A DNA stretch of 63,818 nt, counting the filler, from Reticulomyxa filosa (taxonomy: Eukaryota; Protista; Foraminifera): NCBI GenBank assembly GCA_000512085.1. It is 13 parts of 13 records of this genome, joined end to end, with 100 filler letters (N's around TTAATTAATTAA, not from the genome) between each part and the next. Parts side by side here need not be neighbours in the genome. Positions count along the whole stretch, not along the records: positions 8,831 to 17,768 come from ASPP01014242.1; positions 17,869 to 19,989 come from ASPP01049572.1; positions 20,090 to 22,116 come from ASPP01022699.1; positions 22,217 to 24,855 come from ASPP01000284.1; positions 24,956 to 25,955 come from ASPP01005571.1; positions 26,056 to 27,706 come from ASPP01015571.1; 7 more parts are not named here. The stretch is one strand, 5' to 3'. The position numbers were made by a program, and so were the translations under genes. The notes beneath the pieces were generated by a model. It was given only the letters and a program-made list of their open reading frames with translations, ran no database searches and was not told where the DNA came from. Of this stretch, positions 13,701 through 26,119 are shown in pieces; position 1 is the stretch's first letter, and each line of letters opens with the position of its first letter.

Positions 13701-16700
13701 GACACGTTGTAAAAAGCGAATGACAAAGGTAACAACTGTTGCAAATGTTTTCGGCCGTTTCAATAACGACATCCATTGTTCTTCTGTCATTTTATTCATG
13801 CACACTCTGGTTTCCTCGTTCTGTTTTGTACTTCGTTCCGTGCTCTGACTACTGGACTCGGTCGCTGTCTGCGATGGCCCTGCTTCTTCCTACAATGATC
13901 CATGCATATCCAAACCATCACTTTTCATTAGCGCATAGCATACACGATTATATACGTAAATAATATCATATACACATATACATATATACGTACGTATCAA
14001 GATATGCTGTAGACGAAACTGTATATACACTAAACTATTTGTATAGAAGCACTTTCTCCCTGATCGTATGTTTTGATTTGTCCTCTTTCTTTGTTGATTT
14101 TGGAACGTGTGTTAAATGAACTAGTTGCATTGGGTTGGTTGGTGGCATTGTCGTTTAGTAACCAAGAAAAGGTAAACCAATTAACGCTGTGATATCGCGC
14201 CAGCACACGTTTGAAGAAGGGTATCATTAGTTTGTATTTGTTGGGCAATCTTCCACCGTAGCGATAGAGGTCCTTCCTCGATGGCAACACCACGTTTTGA
14301 CGCTTCCCTTTTTTTGCAATGCGCTCGCTTCCTTGCTGATGTTTCACGTCAGTCTCGTTCTCATTCTCTGTTTTGTGCTCTTCGCGTGTTACATAGCATT
14401 GCAAGGCACGTCGAGACTTTTTCAGCTGCTTTGCCGCTATTCATTGTTATTATTATTTTTTTTATTCTTTATTATATTTTTTTTTTTTTTTTTTAACTTG
14501 ATTAAATATATGTGCATATACATGTATGTAACACTATCAAACATAGATTTGAAAAATTGAATTCGCCCTGTTCCCTTTCAATTCCTCCCTCTCTTAAAAA
14601 AAAAAAAAAAAAAGTCTATCGCAAATTCGTGCAATCCTAGTTTGAATGTTTACATGAGCCTGTTTGTCCAGAAATGCTGTATGATGCACTTTGCATTGAA
14701 AATAAATGCTTTGGGATTGTCAACATTGGAGTTTTTGCAGTCTCGTTATGCGAGCGTCTGGGACGCTTCATTGCACAAACGGGAGACTCATCACTGCCCA
14801 TGCCTACCGCTTTGTCGTCTTCTTTTTGTTTTTGCTCCGACACTTGAGGGTCCTCTGCTGTCGCCTCCACGTCCGTGGAAGAATCGGGAAACGGAAGCAT
14901 TGATCTTTTCGCATCTTGTGATGTACATATCTCCTCACTTTCCGTCATTGATTTTAATTTTCTCTTTCTTGTCTTATTTCTATTGCACATTCATCATAAC
15001 ATGTACAGACATATACGTATATATATATTTTTTTTTCTCCAATGCTCCCTCGCCCTCTTCCCTTGCAAAAAAAAAAAAAAAAAAACAAAAACGAAACGAT
15101 TGAAAAGAGGAGCCGATTGCAGCATCAAAGCTATGTTCGGAAGCAAAGCAAGACGACTGAATTCCGTGTTGATGGGTGGCATCAGTTGTCGGGGTATGCG
15201 CCACACCGCTATTCTTGTGAGAGTCATGTTTGCACAAGAGCTGTCGTTGTTCGGTGAACCATCCAATCGTTTGTCCAAAAAAAATAGCACGAACCATTAA
15301 TTCCGCTCCAAAATTCGAAGCGGGGATCAAATTCATCATATTCTTTTTTTTTTTTTTTTTTTGCGCAGTGCAATTGAATGGTAGGATTCAAACAACAAAA
15401 TTGGTCCCCACATAGGGTATATATGTATGTGTATACTTGAATTGAATATATTCAAACCTCTATGGTTTACTCAACGAACTTGTTTTATGTAACAGCAAAC
15501 GATGTTTGAAATTTTGTCCACAATAAAACATTTCAAAGCGACGCATTTCAATTTTGTTTGCGTTGTTGTAGGTAATTGGATAATTGTCTTTCTTAAATAC
15601 GTTGACAGGTTTTCTTTGAACTGTTCATATTTTTTTTTTTTTTTTTTTTTTTGCAATGGCGTATGAATAAATAAATGAATAATAACAATAATAATAATAA
15701 TAATAATAAAATATATATGTATATATACATATATGTGTGGATTATATATTGATATAAGTTTGTTTGTTTGAAAATACATCGAGAGATTGAAACTTTTGAT
15801 CCTGGATGCGAAAGTGTGTTGACGCGTCGAATTGGTTTGTGAAGGGTCGGATTGAGTGTTAGGCGATTTGGTCTTTGTGGCCTTGTTCGGTTGGTTCTTG
15901 TGAGTGACACTGGGACATTGGTTTGGAGACAATGTGTCAGTAGCGGAACGGATTTGAATATCACTCACTCGAGTGACAACATGTTTGGTGTGACGTATCC
16001 ATTGGGCCGTCGAAGGAGATGGTCGCGGATGCAGCCTTGTCTTCTCAATCCTCTGACAAGTCCATTTTGTGTGCTGTTTGTACGTTTTGTTGTAGGTGGT
16101 CAAGGTGCGACAGGTTTGGATTTTGGTCTCTTCGCGCATTGGCACGCTTCCAACGGATGTGGAGACAGCGCTATCCGCACTCCTCGCTTTTGTCGTCGTA
16201 TCTTTGAGACGTTGTTCTTTCAGTTTGATTTGTAAGAATTGCTTGGCCATGAATTTGGCTCTGGAGTTCCATTGCAAGTGTGGATGTTCTTTGCAAATCT
16301 CTTGGATCCATTCCTGGAGTGTCCTTTTGTCCCATCGCCATTGTCTTTGTTGCTGTTGCTGTTCTTTTATTCTTTTGTTGACGGCAGCTTCCAACACTTG
16401 TTGCTGCTCTTTGCAATGTTTGTCCTGTATATGTTTACGCTCCATCCTTTGTTTCTTTTTCTTCTGTTTTCCACGTTTGTACTGTTGCTGTTGCTGTTGA
16501 TTGGCTTGGTCATTTCCAATTGCAATTGCATCATCCACGAACACATTTGATGACTTGCTTGGCATAAGATCTGATTTCTCACACTTTTTTCTTCTTCTTC
16601 GTTCTGTCCTTGGCTGATCTGATCTTGATCTTGATCTTGATCTTGATCTTGATCTTGATCTTGTGTGTGCACAAGCGGAAGGTCTAGTGGTGGAACATAT

Positions 16701-17711
16701 GGAATAGACTCACTTTGACAATGTTGTTTGTCAGTACACTTTTCTTCAATTGTGCCTATATTGCTGACGACTTTATTGGATCTCTTTTTTCGTTGTTGTT
16801 TTTCGGAACTGTGTTCCGTGAACGAACAATTGATGTCTATATTTACACTATTTATTTCATCTCTTTTCTTTTTCTTCTCGTTTTTTATGTGTTTTTTGTT
16901 CTCTTCTTCGTGATGCTCTTCTTTCAGTTGGAACATGTTTGTTGTTTCTTCATTTGCACTTGGCAAGATCTCCATCACATGTGTACTTTGTTTAATGGCC
17001 ACAGATGCATTCTCTTGGAACGACTGCAAGTGAGAATGATGGCGACGTCGTCTTGCAAACGCGTGGCTAGCCAATGGCACATTGGCTCGAGCCAAAGAGA
17101 AGCAAGACTTTTTGGACATTTGTTTGGAGCGTGTAAAGGTGCGAATAATACTCAAAGGAATTCTTTTTTTTTCCAGACAATACCGTTGGATTTGCTTTCG
17201 CAACTCATGGCCGCATTGCTGTTCCGTTAACACACTCCACTTCTTCCTACATTGAATCCAATAGTACTGATGCACTCCGTCCCACTTCTTTTTCTTCGAC
17301 TTGCATCGCGACGACGAATGGAAAAACGTTTGCGCTTTGCGATAAGACAGTGTAATTCGAAGCTTGGAATTGGATTTTTCAATACGATTCATCCTTTTCA
17401 TTTTTATTTTTCTTTGTCTTTGTCTTTGTCTTTGTCCATGCTGATGACAACGCCTCTGCCATTGCCACGATGTTTCCTTCTCTCTTTTTTTCCTCTTTGC
17501 ACACATACGCTGTCGGCTTTTCGTCAACACATATTTCTTCGCCTCCGAGTCGCGGTTGGCATTGCGTCGACGAATGGCCTTGTGCGCCTTTTGCACCAAC
17601 GGCAAGCTGTCAATCCGCTTTCCTTCGAACCAATTCAACTCTTTTTTGCTAGTGTATTTCAATACCGGCATTCCTGTTACTTGCCAATAACGATTCACTG
17701 AGCCCTCAATT
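10792..17711 (-). CDS. TERT: Telomerase reverse transcriptase (multi-exon; N-terminal part of TEN lost at the gap)
   Basis: Motifs in the expected order: GQ/TEN end NRYWQVTGMP (~17665-17695), QFP-like VVTFVIRFLQRVFP, T motif LLKTNFYITE (~13250), motifs 1/2 LRFLPKKTTLRPIVN (~13060), motif A LDFAKCYDRI (~12600), B' GVSQGSIVSQLLC (~12020), C RHVDDCIF (~11815), E WCGFLWNTKTLEV (~11535), CTE LRLKIQPLLLDGNINS. Core 10792-14400 is very secure; the extension to 17711 rests on the GQ motif. Confidence 0.92.
16615..16662. repeat. (GATCTT)n hexamer microsatellite in the TERT linker (QD repeat, or RS in the alternative frame)
   Basis: About seven tandem copies seen directly. Confidence 0.9.
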
Positions 17712-17868
17712 CTTTATATATGTGTACATATATACATATATATATATATATATATATGTGTATATATGNNNNNNNNNNNNNNNNNNNNNNNNNNNNNNNN
17801 NNNNNNNNNNNNTTAATTAATTAANNNNNNNNNNNNNNNNNNNNNNNNNNNNNNNNNNNNNNNNNNNN

Positions 17869-19095
17869 ACAAGACCCAGTCGATTACATTCAAGATAAAG
17901 AATAAGAGAAAATATCCAAGAACGAAATTACGGCTCAATGGAATGGACATCCAAGAGGCAGACCATGTTAAATATTTGGTGTTGATCATGGACTCCAAGA
18001 TGACATACCAGCATCATATCAATTATGTATATGGAAAGGCATCGATGAAGTTGGGATATTTGACATTCCTCCGCTCCTACAAGGGCATTCGACTCAGCTT
18101 ATCAGTATATAAATTGCTGTACCAACAATTATCAGTCCATCATTGGAGTATGCATGCGCATTCTGGAATGGAGCAGCGGAATCGCACAAACAACGACTCA
18201 ACATGATCCAAAGATTGCGATGTGCAAGATCCTTGGGGTGATGAATTCGACAGCATACAACACATTGAATGTGATATCACAGTTGCCTCCATTGGAACTA
18301 AGAAGGCAACAGGAAGAAGTAAACCTGCTCCAGAAATTTGTCAGATGGTGCAACAAGTTCCCTGAACACAACCTGACAATGGTATACCAATTGTGGCAGA
18401 GAAATCGCGAAATAAAAGATAATGAGAAATTTGTTTGTAGTGAAAAATTATCCACTCTATACAGGACATATATTCACATGTCAGAAATCGGAATGCCAAG
18501 AGTGAGCCCTGATGAGATGACACATTATGACAAGCCACCGAATCAAATTGCTAGACTTCCACGCACCAGAAAGTCACCATTTGAGAAATGGAGCGAGCCG
18601 ACACAAGAGCAAATATTGGCATCATTGGACGGCAAGACTATTGTGATATTCGCTGATGGCAGCACCAAGCCGGAGCCAGGACTGGGTGGCACAGGATTAG
18701 TTATCCAAGACCCATCATTCCACCAATGGATTGAGTTGGAGTTCCCAATTAAAGGGATAACAACAATGATCGCAAGCGAGATTGAATCAATTCGGCAGCA
18801 CTAAATCATGTGCAAGGACATTACAAAGACACAAATGCAAGAATTGTTATTCTATCTGATTGCAAATTTGCTGTGAACGCAGTCCACAACAAGTGTAATG
18901 CAGAGAATTATAACTTCCCCATTGCAGAGTGCCAGAGATTAATGAATAATCTTGGAGAAAATGGAGTCCCTGAAATATATTGGATTAAGGGGCATTCAGG
19001 CATTCCAGGAAACGAACGAGAGGATGCAGTAGCAAAGATTGCAAGACTCAAAGCAGAAATGGAACAACCTGAGTTATTCAGAAGGCCAGACAATT
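17869..19095 (+). mobile_element. Decayed non-LTR retrotransposon (LINE): RT C-terminus and RNase H
   Basis: VKYLVLIMDSKMTYQHHINYV (RT thumb region); RNase H motifs IFADGS, SEIESI, LSDCKFAV and WIKGHSGIPGNEREDAVAK. Frameshifts near 18120-18200 and 18800; no introns. Confidence 0.9.
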
Positions 19096-19905
19096 TTTGT
19101 TTTCTTTTAAGTGGTGCCATGACTTATTTTGGTCCAGATGCCTAAACTTGCTGTGTTTGCATTTTGGGGTATAGTCAGGGGCTCAAAATCAGTGTATTGT
19201 GAAAAATGAAGCATGGAGTAGTCTGACACCTTCACAGCTCTCCCAGTGCAAAAGCTTAAAAAAAAAATATAATCCATCATCTGGCATCTTTCGTTTATGG
19301 CTATTCCCTTGTGCCACTTGTGTCAACGTCCATGTCATTATTCGACGTCATTTTGGATTGTCGTTGTTTGTTTCTGGTATCAGGCATATCAATATCATAT
19401 CCAATTCCATTTCCAATGCCACCATGCATGCCGGAATTTGATAGTTTACTAGGGCAGACATGTTCGGAAGTGTAGTTAACATGTCTGATGCTTGATCCAA
19501 TTCCATGTGGAGTATTTTGTACTATCATGGCTTACGGTAGATCAAATTGGTGTAAAGACACCTTGCCTCGACCGTCCAACAAGCCTTGTTATCAGCGAGT
19601 GGGTTTCGGTTTTGCCCGATGTTCAGTAGAAGTTACCCAACCCTCGGAGTTCTGCCAAAAACAAAAGACTGGTATTTGCCTCGAGATTGCCAATTTCCCG
19701 AAAGGCGTCGAACACCCTTAAGGCTAAGCTAGGATCGATACCCTCTCACACAAGCTGCCCGTTGCCAGTAAATGAGTTACCAGGATTTTGCACCTCGGTA
19801 CACTTAAAGCAACTTAGGTCAATATATGCGGTAAGCTTTAAAGCACTTCCACTTCTCATGGCTACACAACTCAAGATGCAGAACCGACTGCAATAGCCTC
19901 CGAAA
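19096..19905 (-). mobile_element. Possible 5' end (structured UTR plus decayed ORF1) of a retroelement in the opposite orientation
   Basis: GC-richer, hairpin-rich ~370-nt leader followed by an ATG ORF at 19528 (MIVQNTPHG...) that is interrupted and abuts the RNase H fragment. Identity is inferred only. Confidence 0.35.
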
Positions 19906-21480
19906 ATGAATTGAAACAAAATGTTAAAAACCACACAATACTAATAATATCACAAAAATCCAACTACTATAAAAAAATTTTTTAATCAANNNNNNNNNNN
20001 NNNNNNNNNNNNNNNNNNNNNNNNNNNNNNNNNTTAATTAATTAANNNNNNNNNNNNNNNNNNNNNNNNNNNNNNNNNNNNNNNNNNNNCATATGGCACT
20101 GCGTGTTTCCCTTTTTTAAAAAAAACAAACAAAGAGTCTTTTTTGGAGACACGTAAATAAATGTACGTTTCTTATGACGATGTATAAGGATTTGCAAATG
20201 AATAGAACAACCGTTTGCACTTTCTGATCACTCAGAGATCAGAACTTCTTTCAACTGGTTTGGCACATGTGATCTCCTTGTAATTGCAGGATTGTAAAAA
20301 ATGAGTGCCTGCTCTTTGAAGTTTGTGAAAGAGACATAACAATGCCGTCATTCAAAAAAAAAAACGGAACTAAACACCCTTTCGTGTGCATAATTAAGCA
20401 AAAATTGTTTTTACTTTTTGTCTGTGATTTCTTTTTGTTTATGTGTGTCTACGAGCAGTTGTTTGAATTTGATGATTTTTTTGTTTGTTTTTATTTTTGG
20501 TATCGCTCCGGGAGTTCAAAAGCATACAAAGACAAATGTTGACAAACACAAGAACATTTGTCACAAAATTAATATGCAAAGGCAGTATTTGTGATGATTT
20601 TGATGATTTTGATTTTTTTTAGCAAGCTCTTTGGATAAGGCGGTCAAGTTGGTTTCGCAGCTTTATCGCTAATATGCGCATTGCATTATCTAAAAAAAAG
20701 ATATTCAATTATTTTAATTATGTCATTACAATTTTCAATTATAGAATTTAATATTACTATTTTTTGTATTTATTTAAAACTTACAATAAACATATGTGAT
20801 GAATAGAACCTAAAAAAACTTTTAATTTAAAAACATTGACTAGCTTTGTTGCTTTTCAAACATTTTTTAAATTACAATAATAATGCAAAAAAACAAAAAA
20901 AATTCATAAAGTAAACCAAAAATATAAAAACGCAAAAAAATCAAATTGTAAAGAAAAAATAAAGAAATTTAAAAAAATCAATAGGCAAAATAATGATGTT
21001 GTAGAAAATAATTAGAATGTTTGCAATTGATAAAAAAATTGTAGAAAAAAAATGAAACACTTGCAGACTCGAATATATTTTTAAAAAATTTTGAAAAATG
21101 TTGATTTTTGATTTAGAAAATTGATCATTTTCATAAGGTGCCATTTTGGTGTGTGAGAGACTTTTGTCACTACATGTACAACGAACAAACAGCAAAGAAA
21201 GGAGGGGTGTCCTTTGTGGTGAACCATCAAATTTTGTCAAAGTGCAAGCAGTGATGTGTGTGAATGGATAATGACTTGGTATTGAACATAATCACAACGA
21301 TTGACGTTTCGTTTTTGAAAAAGTTGCGTTTGAAAATGGCGAAGAAAAAAAGTTTTTTTAAATGTGTGGTTCAAACCCTGGGCGGGGGGGGAAGGAAAAA
21401 AGGTCGTTTCGAATAGCAAGCACATAAATATAAGCCAACAACGGAAACAAAATAGGTGGTGAAAGGAAAAAAAAAAACAG

Positions 21481-21990
21481 ATGGCAACAGAATATTCACA
21501 TTCATTGAGTATATCATCAGGAGAAAATGAGCGAAAAAAGAAAGAAGGGATGGAAGTCGAAGAGACAAAGTGGTTGTCTCAAGACAGTGGGGGGGACACG
21601 ATCCCACAAAAAAGTGCAGTGATGCGAGAGTACAAGACAATGATAAAAGCGACAAGAAGTGAAGACGAGAATGAAACGAGACCGTACCATCAATCGGGAG
21701 AAGACAATGGTAGTGACCAAGACGTCATCCACATGAAGACTGTGACACCAGACAAAGACTGGTTGTCCAACGAAAGCGATGTCCGTGGTGGGAACGCCAT
21801 TGGAAGCGTCGGAGGAAAGCAGTTGATTGGACACGCTGAGTTGGATTTCAACGCTGTCAAAAACGACTCGGCACGATCCACGAGTCTGCCGACATACACT
21901 AATACCGACAATGGCAAAAGTAGCTACTTTCATAAGATACCCTCGGGATCGAGTATCCTCGCTGTGTCTGATACAAGCTCACTATACAGT
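21481..21990 (+). CDS. Hypothetical protein, disordered N-terminal exon (truncated by gap)
   Basis: ATG-initiated hydrophilic ORF of about 170 codons with coding-like composition. Confidence 0.5.
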
Positions 21991-22080
21991 TTCGTTAATG
22001 CACAATTTTTTAAAAAAAAAAAGGGGAGGGGGGAGAGGGAGAAAGATATATGTTCATACGAGAAAGTGTCTCCTCCCCCT

Positions 22081-22116
<36 letters not shown>

Positions 22117-22216
22117 NNNNNNNNNNNNNNNNNNNNNNNNNNNNNNNNNNNNNNNNNNNNTTAATTAATTAANNNNNNNNNNNNNNNNNNNNNNNNNNNN
22201 NNNNNNNNNNNNNNNN

Positions 22217-22362
22217 AAAAAATCAAAATGATATTTAAAAACTACACAATTTGTAGATATTTTTTAAAAAAAAATTTTGATTAAATATTGTTTTTTCATG
22301 TAGAAACACAAACATCTCTATAAGATGGCATTTTAGGTGTCAATTTCTTTTTTATCTTACTG
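22217..22362. mobile_element. Tc1-family TIR (orphan end)
   Basis: Matches 30-174 and the MITE arm at 28605-28658; ends TTACTG|TA. Confidence 0.75.
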
Positions 22363-23717
22363 TATAATTAAAATTTACTTAATCGTCATTATAATCTTCT
22401 TATAAGTCTTCATCAATTTGCGACTCAATATACGCCATTCAACTTGATAACAAAATCAAATAAATTGCCAAATTGATTTTCAATTGTCATTCACCTTCTA
22501 CAATCACAATGTGCGTACGTACGCAAATCAAAAATATGTTTGCATCGATTAATTTAAACAAGATTATACAAAAAGTATACACATATGCAGTTAACAACAT
22601 ATACACAAATGTAGATATAGTCATTCAAACAAAAAATACTTACATCGATTGCAGAAAAGGCTTTCGCTTTGTTAATTTTTCAAACAAGCGACATTGGTCG
22701 ATACGAATGAGTGGAACACATTGCATTGAACTATCAAAAAAAAAATAGTATTGGTTGAATTTATTTATTTTAGATTCGTATTTGCATATGTGTGGTGTAT
22801 ATGTATAATATTTACGTATTATAAAAATGTTTCGCAAAGTTTGAATCACAAAAATAAAATTAGAAACTTGTGGAGATTCGAAAATTGCAATCAATTGTAA
22901 TTTCAATTCTTTGTAGAAGCTTTGTCTAAAGTTGACTGCTTTCTCTTGACAATTCTTTTCTAATCTCTTTTTTGATATTTGCCCGTGCATAATATCACAT
23001 TTTTCATGTAAACCTTCAAGATCTATTCATTATGTATACGTGAAAAAGAACAAACATATATTTATTTTTTTCGCTTTTTTGCTTCTCTTATACTTTTCAA
23101 ATTTATAATAATGAACTTGCAAAATGTTAGAAAGAGATCAACTGTTGAAGATCCATTCGAAAGTGTCAACAATTCAAAACATACAAGTGAAGAAAGAGAG
23201 AAAAGATGTTTTTTTTGTTCTACCAATACAAATGTACTATGTAAAATTACAATCTACATTTCATATTATTTTTTGCAATTTATTTATAAATTTACTATTT
23301 TTAAAAATTTTGTAATTTTCTACGTTTCTTTTTTGGATAATTTTTTAAACATTAATATTAAATTTCACAGCTTTGCAGTTTGTTGACCCTTTTGTTAAAA
23401 AAAACAAGTACAACTTTTGCCATCAATAGACACTTCTCTTCTGTCAAAATGTTAGACAAACTCTTGTTTGTAGTTTTGCTAGGCTTGAACAGTTCGTTTG
23501 TAGCTGGGGCAAACGGTGACTGAAAAAAAAAACGTACAACACAATTAGGAGGATCAAAAATGAGCTTAGTGATTGCATGTGTAATGTTTTATTGGGGAAC
23601 GAATAGATGCCTCAACGCAATGTAAACAAACTTTACATCCTTTTCTTAAAAACCAAACAAAAATAAAAATTTATATATGTACATACATACATTAAAAGTG
23701 TCAAATTTTCTATCAAA

Positions 23718-24820
23718 CATTTGCACACCATGTTCTAACAACTCAATGTGTGCACCGAGTTACATTTGTACAAACCAGATATGTATTTTAAATGGTAGGA
23801 ATCACTTTTTTATCAATATGTTTACAAAATAAAAAACGAAGGGAAAAGATTTTTTTTTTGTGATATCGAACAGAGTGCAACACAAACAACGACTGCAACA
23901 ACAATCTGAATTGTATCAAATCCTCTTGTTGCGACAAAACCACACTAATCAGTTTCACGTGGTCCGTCGATACAGTGTCCAGCATATGTTTGAATTTAAC
24001 ATGCGCTCACGCGTATCCCTCTTCGCAAAGCGACACTTCGGTTTTGTCATTTTTTCAAATTTTTTTCAAAAAAAAAATTGAGGTGTTTGCTATGCGACTA
24101 TAGTGAAGCACAGGGGGGCTCAAAAAAAAAAAAAAAAAAAGGTTTAAATGTATGCGTATAGATTTGTGGAACTGATGGAAACTCTTACAAAAATAAAAAG
24201 GTTTGATAATTTTTTTTTTTTTTGCAATTGAATATACCTCCCCCCCCTTTTTCTCCAACAATAATTAACAGAGCAATCCGAAAATGTGTTTGCATTGGTA
24301 TTGTTGTTGCCTACTACTTTAGCGGAAGCTTTGTGTGCGGGAGCCTGCGTCGAAGACTGTCCCGGCAAAAAAAAATCAAACTCGGGGTTCATTAGCTCTT
24401 GGAGAAACAGTTGTGTGCAAATGTTCACCTTTTTTTTTTTTTTTTTAAATTCTATTTCGAATTTTTGCAAACATCGGAATATTTTTTTTTTTTTTTCTCG
24501 TCTCTTTTGCTGACACTCCTTGCACATCTTTTTTTTTTTTCAAAAATTTTTTCGCCATTCTTTCTTGAAGTGGCATTACATTTACAAAAAAAAAAAAAAA
24601 AAAAAAAATTTGCACAGATCTGTTCCATGGAACCTATTTGTACTACACTGCGACTGTCATATTGGTTGTTTTCTTATGCTTGGCATTGTTGTCATGTTGG
24701 TTTTACCGTAAATGGCGAAAGGCCAGCCGAAAGAGCAGCATGCAAGGCCTTGAGTTGCAAAGTCGCCATAGTTGGAACAGTGGCAGTGGAAGAAAGACTA
24801 GTTATGGCGGTTTCATTTGA
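23718..24820 (+). CDS. Putative Cys-rich single-pass membrane protein (small exons)
   Basis: Short frames ICTPCSNNSMCAPSYICTNQIC (~23719) and ECNTNNDCNNNLNCIKSSCCDK (~23873), and a terminal TM segment plus basic stop-transfer (VILVVFLCLALLSCWFYRKWRK). Confidence 0.4.
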
Positions 24821-24956
24821 AACTAATCATCCGCGCTGATTGTACTTTTTTTTCCNNNNNNNNNNNNNNNNNNNNNNNNNNNNNNNNNNNNNNNNNNNNT
24901 TAATTAATTAANNNNNNNNNNNNNNNNNNNNNNNNNNNNNNNNNNNNNNNNNNNNT

Positions 24957-25224
24957 GTGTGTGTGTGTGTGCAACGCATTGTTGAGACTTTGTTTGGTGT
25001 TGGTGCAACGTTCAAGCCTCGGTCGAAAAGTGACACTGACATAGCCAAGAATATCAACTTGACACAACTGATTGGAAAGGAGTTTGGCGAGTCGATTGCA
25101 AAAGCGCAGCAGAATGCTCAGAAGGATGGTGATGTGCTTCCCTCCCAACCAGGCAAAATGCAAGTCCATGCAAGTGATGGACAGCAGTACAACAAAAAAG
25201 ATGAGGAGGACGAGGATGTCGACA

Positions 25225-25255
<31 letters not shown>

Positions 25256-25295
25256 AGACGAGGAGGACGAGGATGACGACAACGAAGACGATGAC

Positions 25296-25334
<39 letters not shown>

Positions 25335-25955
25335 AGGGAGGAGGACGACAACGACGACGACGAAAAGAAGAAAGAAGACAACAAAGAAGAAAAAGAAGAA
25401 ACGAAAAACAGGGATGCAAATAGCAACGCTAGTAAAACAAAGCCAAAGACAGTTCAAAGCGTAACAAATGGCGAAACGAAAGAAAACAACTTGGCAATTG
25501 GTACAAACAAAAATGAAGAAAAAGAAAAACGCAATCTGTTGGTAGCAAATTCAATGACAAAGCCAACATCAACAGCAGCAAAGTCTTTTCAAGGACTGGC
25601 CATACCGACAATGCCAGTGGCAACTGCGAACAATTTTTCAAGTTTGAACAAGGCCTTGCGCAAGCAACAAAAAGCGAAGAAAAGAAACAACAAGGCACAA
25701 TTGAGAGCAATGTACCGAAAGTGAACAAAGAAAGGGATGCGCAAGCCGTGGTCAACAACAACGAGGAAAAGAGTGCAGACACGGCAAGCGAGAAAAACAA
25801 ACTGTCGTTGTTGGAAAGTAGTCGTACCGAGCTCTCTCCAAGTCCGAGCATCGAAAAAGATATTCCAGCTACTGATTATGCTTCGACAGATCTTGAAAGA
25901 CACTTTCATGTCACTGTCACCAAACCCAATGATGATGATGATGACGATGACGATT
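24957..25955 (+). CDS. Acidic low-complexity protein fragment (poly-D/E), bounded by gaps
   Basis: 255-aa ORF with GAC/GAA repeats; continues in another frame after ~25720. Confidence 0.5.
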
Positions 25956-26119
25956 NNNNNNNNNNNNNNNNNNNNNNNNNNNNNNNNNNNNNNNNNNNNT
26001 TAATTAATTAANNNNNNNNNNNNNNNNNNNNNNNNNNNNNNNNNNNNNNNNNNNNAAAAAAAAAAAAAAAAGAAATTGTAAAATGTGTTTTGTTTTGTTT
26101 ATTTACTCGGAAATAATCA

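Noticed and set aside
17711-19095. TERT fused to the neighbouring LINE RT/RNase H
   Set aside because: Opposite strands, an assembly gap between them, and the LINE is decayed.
20090-20680. Possible missing 5' (TEN) exons of TERT on the minus strand
   Set aside because: Only vague resemblance, with stops in every frame tried; unsupported without a profile search.
22640-22740. Minus-strand SYRPMSL resembling a LINE RT motif
   Set aside because: Isolated short match with no other RT motifs at the right spacing.
24900-25464. Long alternative-frame and antisense ORFs (poly-S, poly-V, poly-T, poly-L; also at 30317-30773 and 32473-33120)
   Set aside because: Shadows of trinucleotide repeats in the real coding frame.
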